A DNA stretch of 64,000 nt from Patescibacteria group bacterium (GTDB taxonomy: Bacteria > Patescibacteriota > UBA1384 > XYA2-FULL-43-10 > 1-14-0-10-43-13): assembly GCA_041671645.1 (NCBI GenBank), contig JBAZBD010000001.1, positions 85,561-149,560 on the forward strand, given 5' to 3'. The position numbers and the translations under genes are program-made. Positions 44,571 through 54,019 of this stretch are shown here, piece by piece. The first letter of the stretch is position 1. Each line of letters begins with the position of its first letter. The notes under the pieces are model-generated. The model worked only from the letters and a program-made list of their open reading frames with translations, was not told the origin of the DNA and ran no database searches.

Positions 44571-45934
44571 GTTTCTTTCCTGAGTAAGACAGTGATATTG
44601 TCAGCGGCTTGGTTGAGAGCGGCCTGGGCTGTTAGTGTTCCCTTGTTCACCGCCCTGATGGCGTTGCGCATATTGGCGTCGAAATCCCCAGGGTAGCGAC
44701 CCTTTTGAAATGCTTTGGCTGTCGCGAGCTCTAATTTCTCAGGATTATTCCCAGTTCTGTTCTCTATGCCTATTTCGTATGAATCGTACTTGTAGGAGCC
44801 ATAAAGTCTTGAGGCGGATGTAATATTACTAGAATATGTCGTAGCTAGGCCATGTACTACATTCCAAGCTATGGCTGAGTTGGGGGTGATAGCGCTGACA
44901 CCAAATGCGTTGAATCTAGCATAGTCAATAATCTTATCTGGTTCAGTGTTAACCTGTGGCACATAGGTAGTAGCATAATCTTTAAAGGTAGGATATTTCT
45001 GGGCGAACACATTGAGTAGTCGATCATAACCGAAGAGGATGGCAACTTTGCCGTTAACGAAGGCTTCGACATCATTGCCCATCGATTCATTCCAGGTATA
45101 GTTGGCACCCTTGGGATTGGCAAATGAAGTGTAGAATTCGAGTGCCCTCTTGCCAGGGACTTCTTCGGTGCCGACTGGAGTACTGCTCGGTAGGCTGAAC
45201 ATGGCCAATTTGAGATCGTCAGAGAGGATCTTGGTCTCGTTTTGGAGCATGAGAAGATAGAGAATATCCTGTGGATAGGAAACATTGTCAGAGCCAATGG
45301 CCGCTCCCGCTATGCTAATATTGTCGCCATCTCGCTTGGTCAAGTATGGCATTGCTTCGGCAAAATTTGTCCAGGTATTGGGGACGGGGTCGAACATCTT
45401 CGAGATTCTCTCATATGTGACACCACTGACAGTGCTTTTCTCAAGATCAGACAGTGCTTGTCGGATCAGGCTGGGATTGTAGTACACAATCATCGGCTCT
45501 GCTGAAGCAGATAGGGCGTAAATATTATTATCAATCTGGACACTTTGTTTGATCGATTGAACATAGCCCTCATCCATATTGACCTTGCTGGTGATAGCGG
45601 TAGGAGCAGGGACCAGTTTATCCTTGTGGCGGTAGACCCAATCATTCGGCATAGACCAGACATCGGGGCCGGTACCGGAAAGCTGAGAGTTTAGGACCTT
45701 GTTCTCATAGGCGGCGTCGAGGGTCTGTTGGACGTACTCCATAGTGTAGCCCTTGTTGGTCGACTCGAAGTCCTTGACGATTGGTTTCCAGACGTCGGGA
45801 TCCTCAAAGCTCCAGACTATGACCTTGGTGGCTCGTGCGTCTGTGGTGCTGGTTTTCTTGGTACAGCCCGACAGCGCCACAGTAAAAAAGGCCATCATCA
45901 CTGCATAGCTGGCGAATTTAAGAAATCGTTTCAT
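44564..45934 (-). CDS. Lipoprotein, extracellular solute-binding protein family 1 (sugar-type ABC substrate-binding fold)
   Basis: Lipobox ALSGC after an N-terminal signal (start MKRFLKF at 45934). VWSFEDPDVWKPIVKDFE and PDVWSMPNDWV are typical of SBP_bac_1. No permease or ATPase genes are adjacent. Confidence 0.6.
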   Translation of the reverse strand: MKRFLKFASYAVMMAFFTVALSGCTKKTSTTDARATKVIVWSFEDPDVWKPIVKDFESTNKGYTMEYVQQTLDAAYENKVLNSQLSGTGPDVWSMPNDWVYRHKDKLVPAPTAITSKVNMDEGYVQSIKQSVQIDNNIYALSASAEPMIVYYNPSLIRQALSDLEKSTVSGVTYERISKMFDPVPNTWTNFAEAMPYLTKRDGDNISIAGAAIGSDNVSYPQDILYLLMLQNETKILSDDLKLAMFSLPSSTPVGTEEVPGKRALEFYTSFANPKGANYTWNESMGNDVEAFVNGKVAILFGYDRLLNVFAQKYPTFKDYATTYVPQVNTEPDKIIDYARFNAFGVSAITPNSAIAWNVVHGLATTYSSNITSASRLYGSYKYDSYEIGIENRTGNNPEKLELATAKAFQKGRYPGDFDANMRNAIRAVNKGTLTAQAALNQAADNITVLLRKETW

Positions 45935-46082
45935 ATATACCCTCCACTTCGTCGGAGACGAAGCAATTATCAATTATCAAATATCAATAATCAAATATTA
46001 ATTGTTCACTTGTAAACCTGAAAAATTAAATGCCCTGAAAGGGTCCCTTTGGGAATCATTGACCATTGATACTTGATATTTT

Positions 46083-46970
46083 TTACAGTTTTCCGGCGAT
46101 CTCTTTGATAAACTGCGAAAAATCACCGTTTATGTCCGGCCTCTTCAGCGCCATCTCAACATTTGTTTTCAGATATTGAGTGACATTACCACAATCATAA
46201 TATTTTCCACCCTTTATTTCAACAGAGTAGGCATCGTTCCCCCGCTCTCTCAACTTGTTGACGCCGTCGATGTAGACCAATTCCCCACCCGGTTTGACTT
46301 CACGGCCCGCTTCTTCGAGAGCGTCAAAAATTTCTGGTGGGAAGACATAGCCGCCAAGGCTGGCATAGTCGGATGGTTTGTTGTCGTCGCCTGGTTTCTC
46401 AATCAACTCTTCGATCTTCATAATCCCGTCTTCTACCGTATGACCCTTGGTGAAGCCGTATTTCTTACCATCTCCTGGGCTGTTCATGATGAGTGAGGCA
46501 ATAATGGTGCTTTGGTATTTGTTGTAAGCCTCGACAAGCTGCTTGGTCTTGAGTGGGTCAGAGACGAGGAGCTCGTCACCCCAACAGACGACAAAAGGTT
46601 CGTCGCCAACAACATTCTTGGCGGTCAAAATGGCGTCGCCATTCCCCTTTTGCTCCTTTTGTCTGACAAAGACAAACTCTGCCATCTTGGAAAGATTTTT
46701 GATCTGCTCAAGTTGCTCCATCTTGCCCGATTCGGCAAGCTTGTTCTCAAGCTCTAGGTGGCGATCGAAATGGTCCTCTATCGCCCGTTTGTGCCAGCCG
46801 GTGACTAAGATAATTTGTTCAATTCCAGAAGCGACCAATTCCTCAACCACATATTGGATCACTGGCTTGTCTACAATCGGTAACATCTCTTTGGGCATCG
46901 CCTTGGTCCATGGCAAAAATCTTGTGCCATAGCCAGCGGCAGGAATAACAGCTTTTCTGACAGGTTTCAT
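46083..46970 (-). CDS. galU: UTP--glucose-1-phosphate uridylyltransferase
   Basis: KAVIPAAGYGTRFLPWTKAMPKEMLPIVDKPVIQYVVEE is the canonical GalU N-terminus. Confidence 0.9.
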   Translation of the reverse strand: MKPVRKAVIPAAGYGTRFLPWTKAMPKEMLPIVDKPVIQYVVEELVASGIEQIILVTGWHKRAIEDHFDRHLELENKLAESGKMEQLEQIKNLSKMAEFVFVRQKEQKGNGDAILTAKNVVGDEPFVVCWGDELLVSDPLKTKQLVEAYNKYQSTIIASLIMNSPGDGKKYGFTKGHTVEDGIMKIEELIEKPGDDNKPSDYASLGGYVFPPEIFDALEEAGREVKPGGELVYIDGVNKLRERGNDAYSVEIKGGKYYDCGNVTQYLKTNVEMALKRPDINGDFSQFIKEIAGKL

Positions 46971-47080
46971 AACGCTCCTTAAAATTACTAATCCCCCGCT
47001 CTCATATTAACACTGATTATATCAAACAAAAAAGCACTTAGAAAGTGCTCAACTGCAAACCGTGTCGATATCGGTAAACC

Positions 47081-47464
47081 CTATTTGCTCTCTTTTCCAT
47101 CATTAATCTTGATGAATTTGGTCTTGGCTTTTTCGTCCTTGGAGATTTCAATGCGAAGAAGGCCGTCTTTCAAAGTAGCCTTGGCACTCTCAGAATTGAT
47201 GGCGATTGGCATGACGTAGGAGCGTGAAAAAGGCCCCCAATAGCACTCTTGGGTGAAATGTTTGTCGCTTGGCAAATCATGTCCGGCCTGGCGGGTACCC
47301 TTGATGGTGATAACTTCGTCAGTGATGGAGATATCCACATCAGAAGCTTTCACCCCGGCGATTGGGGCCAAGATGTAAACATTGTGGTCATCATGAAAAA
47401 CATCGACAGCAAGCTGGCCTTCTGTTTCTTCGGCTAACCAATCATTGTTATGATTTTCGACCAC
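47081..47464 (-). CDS. Hsp20/alpha-crystallin family small heat-shock protein
   Basis: Alpha-crystallin domain (AVDVFHDDHNVYILAPIAGVKASDVDISITDEVITIKG ... LKDGLLRIEISK). Confidence 0.8.
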   Translation of the reverse strand: MVENHNNDWLAEETEGQLAVDVFHDDHNVYILAPIAGVKASDVDISITDEVITIKGTRQAGHDLPSDKHFTQECYWGPFSRSYVMPIAINSESAKATLKDGLLRIEISKDEKAKTKFIKINDGKESK

Positions 47465-47540
47465 GACCCTCCTTTAGGTTCTGGACTAGTTCAAATCAAG
47501 CGATATACTAGATATAAATATTATATACTTATAGAGACCC

Positions 47541-48284
47541 ATGTCAACAACTTTTGAAAAATCAAAATATGGCAAAATGCTCTCTTTTCCAAAGCTAATC
47601 CTGGCATCACTATTTGACATTCTTTATCCCAATAGATGTATCAATTGCGGGCATTATGGACAACTCTTATGTCTTGAGTGTGCCAGCGATCTCGAGATTC
47701 TCAAAAGCTATACCTGCTATGGATGTGGGAAACTGAGCCAATTTGGAAAATTGTGCAACAATTGCAAGAAACAGCTTGGTGGTAACATCGATAGCATCAT
47801 TTATGCAGTTGATTATAGTAGTAAGATAGCCAAAACGTTGATATCGGCCTTCAAATACTCTGGAATTACGGAGTTATCCACAACTTTGTCCGCCCTGTTG
47901 ATAACTCGAATCCCGAGCTTGGAGCCTGGAATTATAATGCCTGTACCACTACATCCATCAAAGAAATTGCGGCGAGGATTTAACCAATCAGAATTACTGG
48001 CCAAGGAGATATCGAAAAAGCTAGGATTTCCCCTGAATAACTATTTAGTTCGGGTCAAGAATACCCAGTCGCAGGTCGGCTTGTCGCGAGCGAAAAGACT
48101 TCAAAATTTGGAACAAGCATTTGTCTGCCGAAATAGCTGGCGGATCAAGGGGAAAGTGGTCTATTTGGTTGATGATGTAGTGACGACGGGGAGTACTTTT
48201 GCTGCCTGTGCGAGCGTTTTGAAAGAGGCAGGGGCCAAAAAGGTAGTCTGCCTGGCAATCGCCCGCAATCTCCACATGAAATAA
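47541..48284 (+). CDS. comFC: ComF/GntX family phosphoribosyltransferase-domain competence protein
   Basis: N-terminal double zinc ribbon (CINCGHY...CLEC ... CYGCGK...CNNC) and a C-terminal PRTase motif VVYLVDDVVTTGST. Confidence 0.8.
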   Translation: MSTTFEKSKYGKMLSFPKLILASLFDILYPNRCINCGHYGQLLCLECASDLEILKSYTCYGCGKLSQFGKLCNNCKKQLGGNIDSIIYAVDYSSKIAKTLISAFKYSGITELSTTLSALLITRIPSLEPGIIMPVPLHPSKKLRRGFNQSELLAKEISKKLGFPLNNYLVRVKNTQSQVGLSRAKRLQNLEQAFVCRNSWRIKGKVVYLVDDVVTTGSTFAACASVLKEAGAKKVVCLAIARNLHMK

Positions 48285-48355
48285 CGACCAAGCAATTAAT
48301 TTTTCGTAATTCAGCTTGAATATTTGCCCAAAAAATGTTATTGTTTGAGCTGCCT

Positions 48356-48443
48356 GGAGAGGTCGCATAGTGGTCGAGTGCAACTGTCTTGAAAACAGTC
48401 AGGCCGCAAGGTCTCGTGGGTTCGAATCCCACCCTCTCCGCCA
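48356..48443 (+). tRNA. tRNA-Ser (anticodon UGA)
   Basis: GGAGAGG acceptor stem, anticodon loop CTTGAAA, long variable arm, TTCGAAT T-loop and encoded CCA. Confidence 0.85.
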
Positions 48444-48521
48444 ATGAAAATGTCGCTAGTAATAGCGGCTTTTTTGTTGCATTATCATGGTACAATTAAA
48501 GTAATTAAATAGAGGAGTATC

Positions 48522-48902
48522 ATGACAAAGAACCTGGAGATTTATCACTGTCCTGTCTGCGGTAATACTGTCGAGATTGTCGGTGAAGGCGCGGGAAAAT
48601 TGGTTTGCTGCGGCCAGCCAATGGAGAAAATGACGGAGAATACAAGTGATGGGGCAAAGGAAAAACATGTCCCGGTAATTGAAAAAGATACGGAAAACAA
48701 GAAGCTAATCGTTAGGATAGGGGAGGCGCCTCACCCAATGACTGATGAGCATTATATACAATGGGTCGAGGTAACAACAGATGGATCTACGCGAAGGAAG
48801 TTTCTGAACGCCGGGGACGACCCAAAGGTCGAATTCTGCTTACCAAAGGGCGATATAACGGTACGAATCTACTGTAATCTGCATGGACTCTGGAGCAAAT
48901 AG
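48522..48902 (+). CDS. dfx: Desulfoferrodoxin (superoxide reductase, 2Fe type)
   Basis: N-terminal desulforedoxin Cys cluster (CPVCGN...CCGQPM) plus the His/Cys centre II ligands (HVP...H...H...C..H). Confidence 0.8.
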   Translation: MTKNLEIYHCPVCGNTVEIVGEGAGKLVCCGQPMEKMTENTSDGAKEKHVPVIEKDTENKKLIVRIGEAPHPMTDEHYIQWVEVTTDGSTRRKFLNAGDDPKVEFCLPKGDITVRIYCNLHGLWSK

Positions 48903-48918
48903 AGCGACAGTTTATAAC

Positions 48919-48953
48919 AAATAAACACCTCAGATATCTGAGGTGTTTATTTT
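48919..48953. terminator. Bidirectional rho-independent terminator
   Basis: aaataaacacctcag-atat-ctgaggtgtttattt is a perfect 15-bp stem with flanking A/T runs. Confidence 0.8.
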
Positions 48954-48971
48954 ATGGTAGCAGTTTGAAGA

Positions 48972-49496
48972 TTACTCGATGCAACAGTCGATTGCTTTTT
49001 TGACCAAGGTACCTAGTTTGCCGAAGACGCCCTTCTTGGTCTCATCTTTCTTGTCTAGCGCTCCGTCATCAATCTTTTTTACTTCATCCAATTTGATCGC
49101 TTTTAAGTTGATGCCCCAGAAGAGGGAATAAAGATTATAGGCCTTTTCGAACATGTCCTTGGCTTCGTCGTCTTTGCCACGGCCTAGTGCCTTGGTCCCC
49201 ACTTCCATCAGTCTCATAGATGCTGACAAGAGGTGTTTGGAGATACACCAGACTTCGCCTTCGTAATCAGGCACAATCTTCTTGAGTAGCTCTTTGCGCA
49301 TCTCTCTGGTCTCTTTGAGCAAATCGAAATACTTATCATCACCCGTTTTCTTGGCGGTAAAGAAAAAGTGCTCTTCGATTGAAATCAAGTTCATAATTGC
49401 AATCGAAAGATCCTCATCGGCGGAAAGGTCAAACTTGTTGTCCTTTTTCGAGTCGTTTATCTTCTGAATGAACTTATCTACATTATCTATTGGCAT
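48972..49496 (-). CDS. Hypothetical protein
   Basis: 174-aa K/E-rich helical ORF with no recognised motifs. Confidence 0.4.
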   Translation of the reverse strand: MPIDNVDKFIQKINDSKKDNKFDLSADEDLSIAIMNLISIEEHFFFTAKKTGDDKYFDLLKETREMRKELLKKIVPDYEGEVWCISKHLLSASMRLMEVGTKALGRGKDDEAKDMFEKAYNLYSLFWGINLKAIKLDEVKKIDDGALDKKDETKKGVFGKLGTLVKKAIDCCIE

Positions 49497-49512
49497 TACG
49501 ATCCTCCACTAT

Positions 49513-50109
49513 TTAAAACATGGCTGAATGGTCGGCGCGGACATAATCAGGGTAAATTTCCTCTTCGGAAAACCAGTGCGCGATTTCATTCTCGGCTTCT
49601 TCGGCGGTCTCTGAGGCGTGAACGAGGTTCTTGACAGCTCGCTGATTGAGGTTGGCGGCGGCAGGGGAGTCTACAGAATAATCTCCTCTGATCGTACCGA
49701 TTTCAGCCTTGTTCGGCAGGGTAGAGCCGGTAATTTTGCGAATCATGTCTCTTGCGTGGATGCCTTCGATGACCATAGCGACGACTGGAGCCTCAGTCAT
49801 AAAATCGATCAACCATTGGCGGACCTGTTTGCCAGCTTCTAGATTGTTGTCGGTCCCCATAACTTCTTTAGGATCAAGACCATACTCCTTGAAAACGTTG
49901 AATCCCTTGTCCCCGAGACGGGCGATCCAAGTTTCGTCTTTGGGGTAGTGATCGTTGATATGCTCGAGGGTTGGCTTGACCATCTTGAGGGCGATAACCT
50001 TGAGCCCACGTTTTTCGAAACGGCTGACTATTTCTCCAATCAATCCTCTCTCTACACCGTCAGGTTTGACCATAACGAATGTTCTCTCAATCGCTGTACG
50101 ATTTTCCAT
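49513..50109 (-). CDS. ndk: Nucleoside diphosphate kinase (with roughly 40-aa internal insertion)
   Basis: ERTFVMVKPDGVERGLIGEIVSRFEKRGLKVIALKM N-terminus and active-site region NLVHAS(E). An insertion follows the HY motif. Confidence 0.8.
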   Translation of the reverse strand: MENRTAIERTFVMVKPDGVERGLIGEIVSRFEKRGLKVIALKMVKPTLEHINDHYPKDETWIARLGDKGFNVFKEYGLDPKEVMGTDNNLEAGKQVRQWLIDFMTEAPVVAMVIEGIHARDMIRKITGSTLPNKAEIGTIRGDYSVDSPAAANLNQRAVKNLVHASETAEEAENEIAHWFSEEEIYPDYVRADHSAMF

Positions 50110-50117
50110 TTTATTCC

Positions 50118-51398
50118 TTAAAACCTTAATATTTCTTCTGCTTTTTCTTTGCTAAAATTCTGGCCGACAAAACCCAAGGCAAGATTCGACTCAATCAGAT
50201 ATTTCCTGCCAATGTTGATTATATCATCTCGGGTAATTTTTTCTAATATAATAGAAATTTCCTTTACGCTCAATATTTCCTTGCCCATGACTGATTGCAG
50301 GGCGAAGTGTGTGGCGACTTCACTGGTGTCTTCTTCGCTGATGAGCATTCGCCCGTAAACGATCTCCTTAGCCCGTCTGACTTCTGCCTCGGTAAGATCT
50401 TCAAAGACGCGGTGATATTCACGCAGAATCGCTTCTATCGCCTCGGAGACACGTTCATGTGGTACGCCGGCGTATGTTTCGATGACACCGATGTCTTGGT
50501 AGCTAGAGGAGGAGGTTCTGACCGCATAGGCCAAGCCCTTTTTCTCGCGAATTTCAGTAAACATTCTGGAGCTCATGGAGCCGCCAAGAATCATCGCCAG
50601 AAGCTTCAAGGCATATTTATCTTTATTATTGTACCCAGCGCCTCGAAACCCGATGATGACGTTGGATTGCTCAGTTTGCTTCTCTACAAGTTTGATTGCT
50701 TTGCTAGTGTTTAGATTTGTATCGGGGCAAAGGGTTTCCTCACCCTCGGGAAGGGTAAAATATCTTTGAACCAAGGCTTTGGCCTCATCGAGAGTAATAT
50801 CGCCAATGTTTCCAGCCAAGACGACAATGCCGTTGGCAGCAGTATAATTATCGTGATGGTAATTGACCAAGTCCTCACGTGTGAGAGAGACGATGCTTTT
50901 CTCGTATCCGATCACGTCTCGGCCTAGATTGTTACTGCCAAGCAGAGCTTCTTCAAATTTACTCGAAGCGACCTCCATAGGGAGATCTTCGTACATTTTT
51001 AATTCCTGCAAAATAACCTGCTTTTCCTGCTCAAACTCTTCCTCGGGGAAGAGCGGATTGAGGACAAGGTCAGAAACAAAATCGATCGATCTTTCCAAAT
51101 ATTTAGAGGCAACTTTGGCGTAATAACCAGTGTATTCTTTGCTGGTGAAAGCGTTGTGCTCTCCGCCGATATCCTCGATAAACTCTGAGATCAAAGTCGA
51201 GGTTGGTCTTTGTGTCGTCCCCTTGTAGAGCATGTGCTCAAGAACATGGGAAATGCCAGCAATCCGGTCCTCTTCATAACGACTGCCAACACCAAATACT
51301 GCCATCGTTGTTACGACTTCACGTGAGCTGTCTGGAATTATGACCAGCCGCAATCCGTTGTCCAAAGTGAATTTTGTGTATTTTTCTATGTTTTTCAT
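50118..51398 (-). CDS. M16-family zinc peptidase (insulinase/pitrilysin-like)
   Basis: Inverted zinc motif HVLEHMLYKGT (HxxEH). Start chosen at MKNIEKY (51398) because a longer extension would overlap tRNA-Arg. Confidence 0.8.
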   Translation of the reverse strand: MKNIEKYTKFTLDNGLRLVIIPDSSREVVTTMAVFGVGSRYEEDRIAGISHVLEHMLYKGTTQRPTSTLISEFIEDIGGEHNAFTSKEYTGYYAKVASKYLERSIDFVSDLVLNPLFPEEEFEQEKQVILQELKMYEDLPMEVASSKFEEALLGSNNLGRDVIGYEKSIVSLTREDLVNYHHDNYTAANGIVVLAGNIGDITLDEAKALVQRYFTLPEGEETLCPDTNLNTSKAIKLVEKQTEQSNVIIGFRGAGYNNKDKYALKLLAMILGGSMSSRMFTEIREKKGLAYAVRTSSSSYQDIGVIETYAGVPHERVSEAIEAILREYHRVFEDLTEAEVRRAKEIVYGRMLISEEDTSEVATHFALQSVMGKEILSVKEISIILEKITRDDIINIGRKYLIESNLALGFVGQNFSKEKAEEILRF

Positions 51399-51479
51399 GA
51401 CTTTCAATATAGCTTTTTTGTGTTGCCAAAGCAACGCCAACGAAAAAAGCGGCCTAAGCCGCAATTTATCAAATGAAAA

Positions 51480-51555
51480 TGGTACCCGCGAAGGGAATCG
51501 GACCCCCGACCTCTCGGACCGCAACCGAGCGCTCTATCCACTGAGCTACGCGGGC
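51480..51555 (-). tRNA. tRNA-Arg (anticodon read as GCG; atypical T-loop)
   Basis: The reverse complement gives GCCCGCGTAGCTCAGTGGATAGAGCGCTCGGTTGCGGTCCGAG...CGCGGGTACCA. It has a canonical D-arm, 7-bp acceptor and encoded CCA, but the T-loop TCCGATT is non-canonical. Confidence 0.7.
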
Positions 51556-51563
51556 ACAAATAA

Positions 51564-52097
51564 CTAAAATTTAATCCAGCGGTTAATTCTATCGGTCAAA
51601 CCCTCGCCATGACTTTCCTCGGGCAGATGATTGGCCAGGAATTCTCTGATCTTCTCAACGTCGGCGTTTTTGGCTGGCATCATGATCTGATTGGCAACTT
51701 TACCTGACAGGGTGAAGTAAAACTTTGGCACCAGTCCGTCAATCAGCCAGAAGTCCTTCATCTCTTGAAAATCGACAACCCGATTGTCTACAACGATGCC
51801 TTTTTCGTACACGGCACACTCAAGTATCCGTGGCTTTAATCCTGTCAAAAAAAGATAAAGATAAGCGACCAGAACCAAAACCATACCAGTCCACATGGTC
51901 TGAAAATAAAGCAGGGCGCCAAGGGCTATAGCAATAATTGTCGTAACCAGATACCAGAGCGGACTTCGCTCCTGACTTGCAAAATCGGCTGATTTCCAGT
52001 TGAAAACGGGCTTATCAACTTTGGTGTCCAGGCTCGGTTTGGCTGGAGCCGGCGCTTTTTTCTCGGCCTTTTCTTTCTTGCTATCTTCTTTTGCCAT
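51564..52097 (-). CDS. Hypothetical membrane protein (two TM helices, Lys-rich N-terminus)
   Basis: ORF with LWYLVTTIIAIALGALLYF and MVLVLVAYLYLFL hydrophobic segments. Confidence 0.45.
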   Translation of the reverse strand: MAKEDSKKEKAEKKAPAPAKPSLDTKVDKPVFNWKSADFASQERSPLWYLVTTIIAIALGALLYFQTMWTGMVLVLVAYLYLFLTGLKPRILECAVYEKGIVVDNRVVDFQEMKDFWLIDGLVPKFYFTLSGKVANQIMMPAKNADVEKIREFLANHLPEESHGEGLTDRINRWIKF

Positions 52098-52158
52098 ATT
52101 CCCCTCTTTCTTAACAAATTTGGCGGAACGCTAAGCGTTCCATTTGCCACGCTAAGCG

Positions 52159-52251
52159 TGGCGGAAGGTGAGGGATTCGAACCCTCGTGGCGGCTTTTAG
52201 ACCACCGGCGGTTTAGCAAACCGCTCCCTTAAGCCACTTGGGTAACCTTCC
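52159..52251 (-). tRNA. tRNA-Ser (anticodon GCU)
   Basis: The reverse complement gives GGAAGGTTACCCAAGTGGCTTAAGGGAGCGGTTTGCTAAACCGC...GAGGGTTCGAATCCCTCACCTTCCGCCA. Long variable arm. Confidence 0.85.
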
Positions 52252-52391
52252 TTATGCAAATGGTACCTTCCGGACTTCGTTTAGATTACCATAATTCTCT
52301 AGGGAAATCCACCCACCCCAGTTGAAATAAGTCTGATAACAAGAGATAATGCTTTTAGTTTATAGCCTTTAGTTCTTAGAATTTTGTTATT

Positions 52392-52916
52392 ATGCACAAA
52401 AAGCAGTCAGCTTTTATTTTCAGCTCGTTTGCGATGGTTTCTGCCGGTATCTTGCTGGTTCCGGCCAAGGCTTTTGCTATCTGCCAGGTAGTTTGTCCGA
52501 TTGTGGTGGCTAGCACGTTGACTCTTCTAGAGAAATATGGCATCGATAACACAATTTCCGGTCTCTGGATTGGGGGAGCGCTACTGCTCTCGTCTATTAT
52601 CACGATTGACTGGATCAAGAAGTGGAAAAGTCATTGGTCAATCAACTTGGCTGTGTTTACTTTATTTTACGCGGGGACATTTCTACCTCTCTATTTCAAG
52701 CATATCATCGGTGACCCGACCAAGGTGCTCTGGGGCATGGACAAAACTCTTCTCGGCGTCGTGGTTGGAAGCATATTTTTCTACCTTGGTGATTGGGCAT
52801 ACCGAATTATCAAGGCGAAAAATGGTGGCAAGGCCTGGTTTCCTTTTCAGAAGGCGGTCATGCCCCTGATCCCGATCGCAATTTTTAGCTGGATATTTTA
52901 TCTCATCACCAAGTAA
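52392..52916 (+). CDS. Hypothetical integral membrane protein (4-5 TM)
   Basis: Hydrophobic ORF with no motif. Confidence 0.4.
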   Translation: MHKKQSAFIFSSFAMVSAGILLVPAKAFAICQVVCPIVVASTLTLLEKYGIDNTISGLWIGGALLLSSIITIDWIKKWKSHWSINLAVFTLFYAGTFLPLYFKHIIGDPTKVLWGMDKTLLGVVVGSIFFYLGDWAYRIIKAKNGGKAWFPFQKAVMPLIPIAIFSWIFYLITK

Positions 52917-52930
52917 ACCATAAAGCATTT

Positions 52931-54019
52931 ATGCAATATTTAATTGGTTTCTCAATAGCCCTTGTCCTCTCACTCTTTTTGACTGGAATCGCTCGCAAAA
53001 TCGGCATCAAATACAACATAATGTCCAAGCCGAGGAAGCGGGACGTCCATTTGCGCCCGATGCCTAGAATCGGTGGCCCGGCTATTTTTGTTGCTTTTGC
53101 TGTCGCTCTTTTCCTCGTCTTTCTACGTTTTAATATAGATCCGAGCGCCGATAACACCACGCATATATTTAATCTACGTATCTGGGGGATTGTGCTGGGC
53201 GGTCTGGCAGTAGTTGGTCTTAATTTATTTGATGATCTTAAAGGTCTTTCTCCTCTCAAAAAGCTAATGATTCAGGTTTTTGCCGCTCTGGTCGTGATTG
53301 CTTCTGGCGTTGGGATAGACCATCTGACTAATCCATTCGGCCCAGAGATTAATCTAAACTCTGTCTATGTCCCGATATTCTCGCTGGACGGGGTAGTCTA
53401 CCACTTCTCTCTTTGGTCCGATCTGCTGACTCTGATCTGGCTCGTCGGGATGATGAATATCATGAACTTCGTCGACGGTGTTGATGGCTTGGCGGGTGGG
53501 CTTGCCACTATCGCCGCATTTATCCTCTTCCTGCTCTCGATTTCAACGGTTGTCAATCAACCTTCTACTGCCATGATCGCAATAGTCTTCGCTGGGGCGG
53601 TCTCGGGCTTTCTTTATTGGAATTTCCCGCCAGCCAAGATCTTCATGGGTGATTCCGGTAGTATGTTCTTGGGCTTTATGCTTGGTGTCCTTCCGCTCAT
53701 TTCTGGAGGCAAATTGGCAACTGCCTTCCTGGTCCTGGGCTTTCCAATTATCGATGGCTTTGTTGTAGCAATCGGGAGAATTGTGAGAGGGAAGAATCCG
53801 ATCAATACTCCCGACAAAACGCACATTCATCACCGTTTCTTGGGCGCAGGATTTTCAACACGCCAGTCAATATTGGCAATGTATTTTATTGCCGCCGCCT
53901 TTGGTTGGGTCGCCCTTCGCTCCACAACAGCAGAAAAATTCACCGCCGCCGGTGTTTTGTTCCTGTTAGTATTACTTACGATATATTTGCTCACTCGTTT
54001 TCGTCGAAAACGCTCTTAG
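52931..54019 (+). CDS. Glycosyltransferase family 4 polyprenyl-phosphate sugar-1-phosphate transferase (MraY/WecA family)
   Basis: DDLKGLSPLKKL and NFVDGVDGLAGG are conserved MraY/WecA motifs. 10-11 TM segments. Confidence 0.75.
   Translation: MQYLIGFSIALVLSLFLTGIARKIGIKYNIMSKPRKRDVHLRPMPRIGGPAIFVAFAVALFLVFLRFNIDPSADNTTHIFNLRIWGIVLGGLAVVGLNLFDDLKGLSPLKKLMIQVFAALVVIASGVGIDHLTNPFGPEINLNSVYVPIFSLDGVVYHFSLWSDLLTLIWLVGMMNIMNFVDGVDGLAGGLATIAAFILFLLSISTVVNQPSTAMIAIVFAGAVSGFLYWNFPPAKIFMGDSGSMFLGFMLGVLPLISGGKLATAFLVLGFPIIDGFVVAIGRIVRGKNPINTPDKTHIHHRFLGAGFSTRQSILAMYFIAAAFGWVALRSTTAEKFTAAGVLFLLVLLTIYLLTRFRRKRS

Noticed and set aside
48145-48495. 116-aa minus-strand ORF
   Set aside because: It completely overlaps the well-formed tRNA-Ser(UGA) at 48356-48443 and lacks any motif, so it is spurious.
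51399-51524. Longer N-terminal extension of the M16 peptidase ORF
   Set aside because: The extension would overlap tRNA-Arg (51480-51555). The internal Met MKNIEKY at 51398 gives a sensible start.
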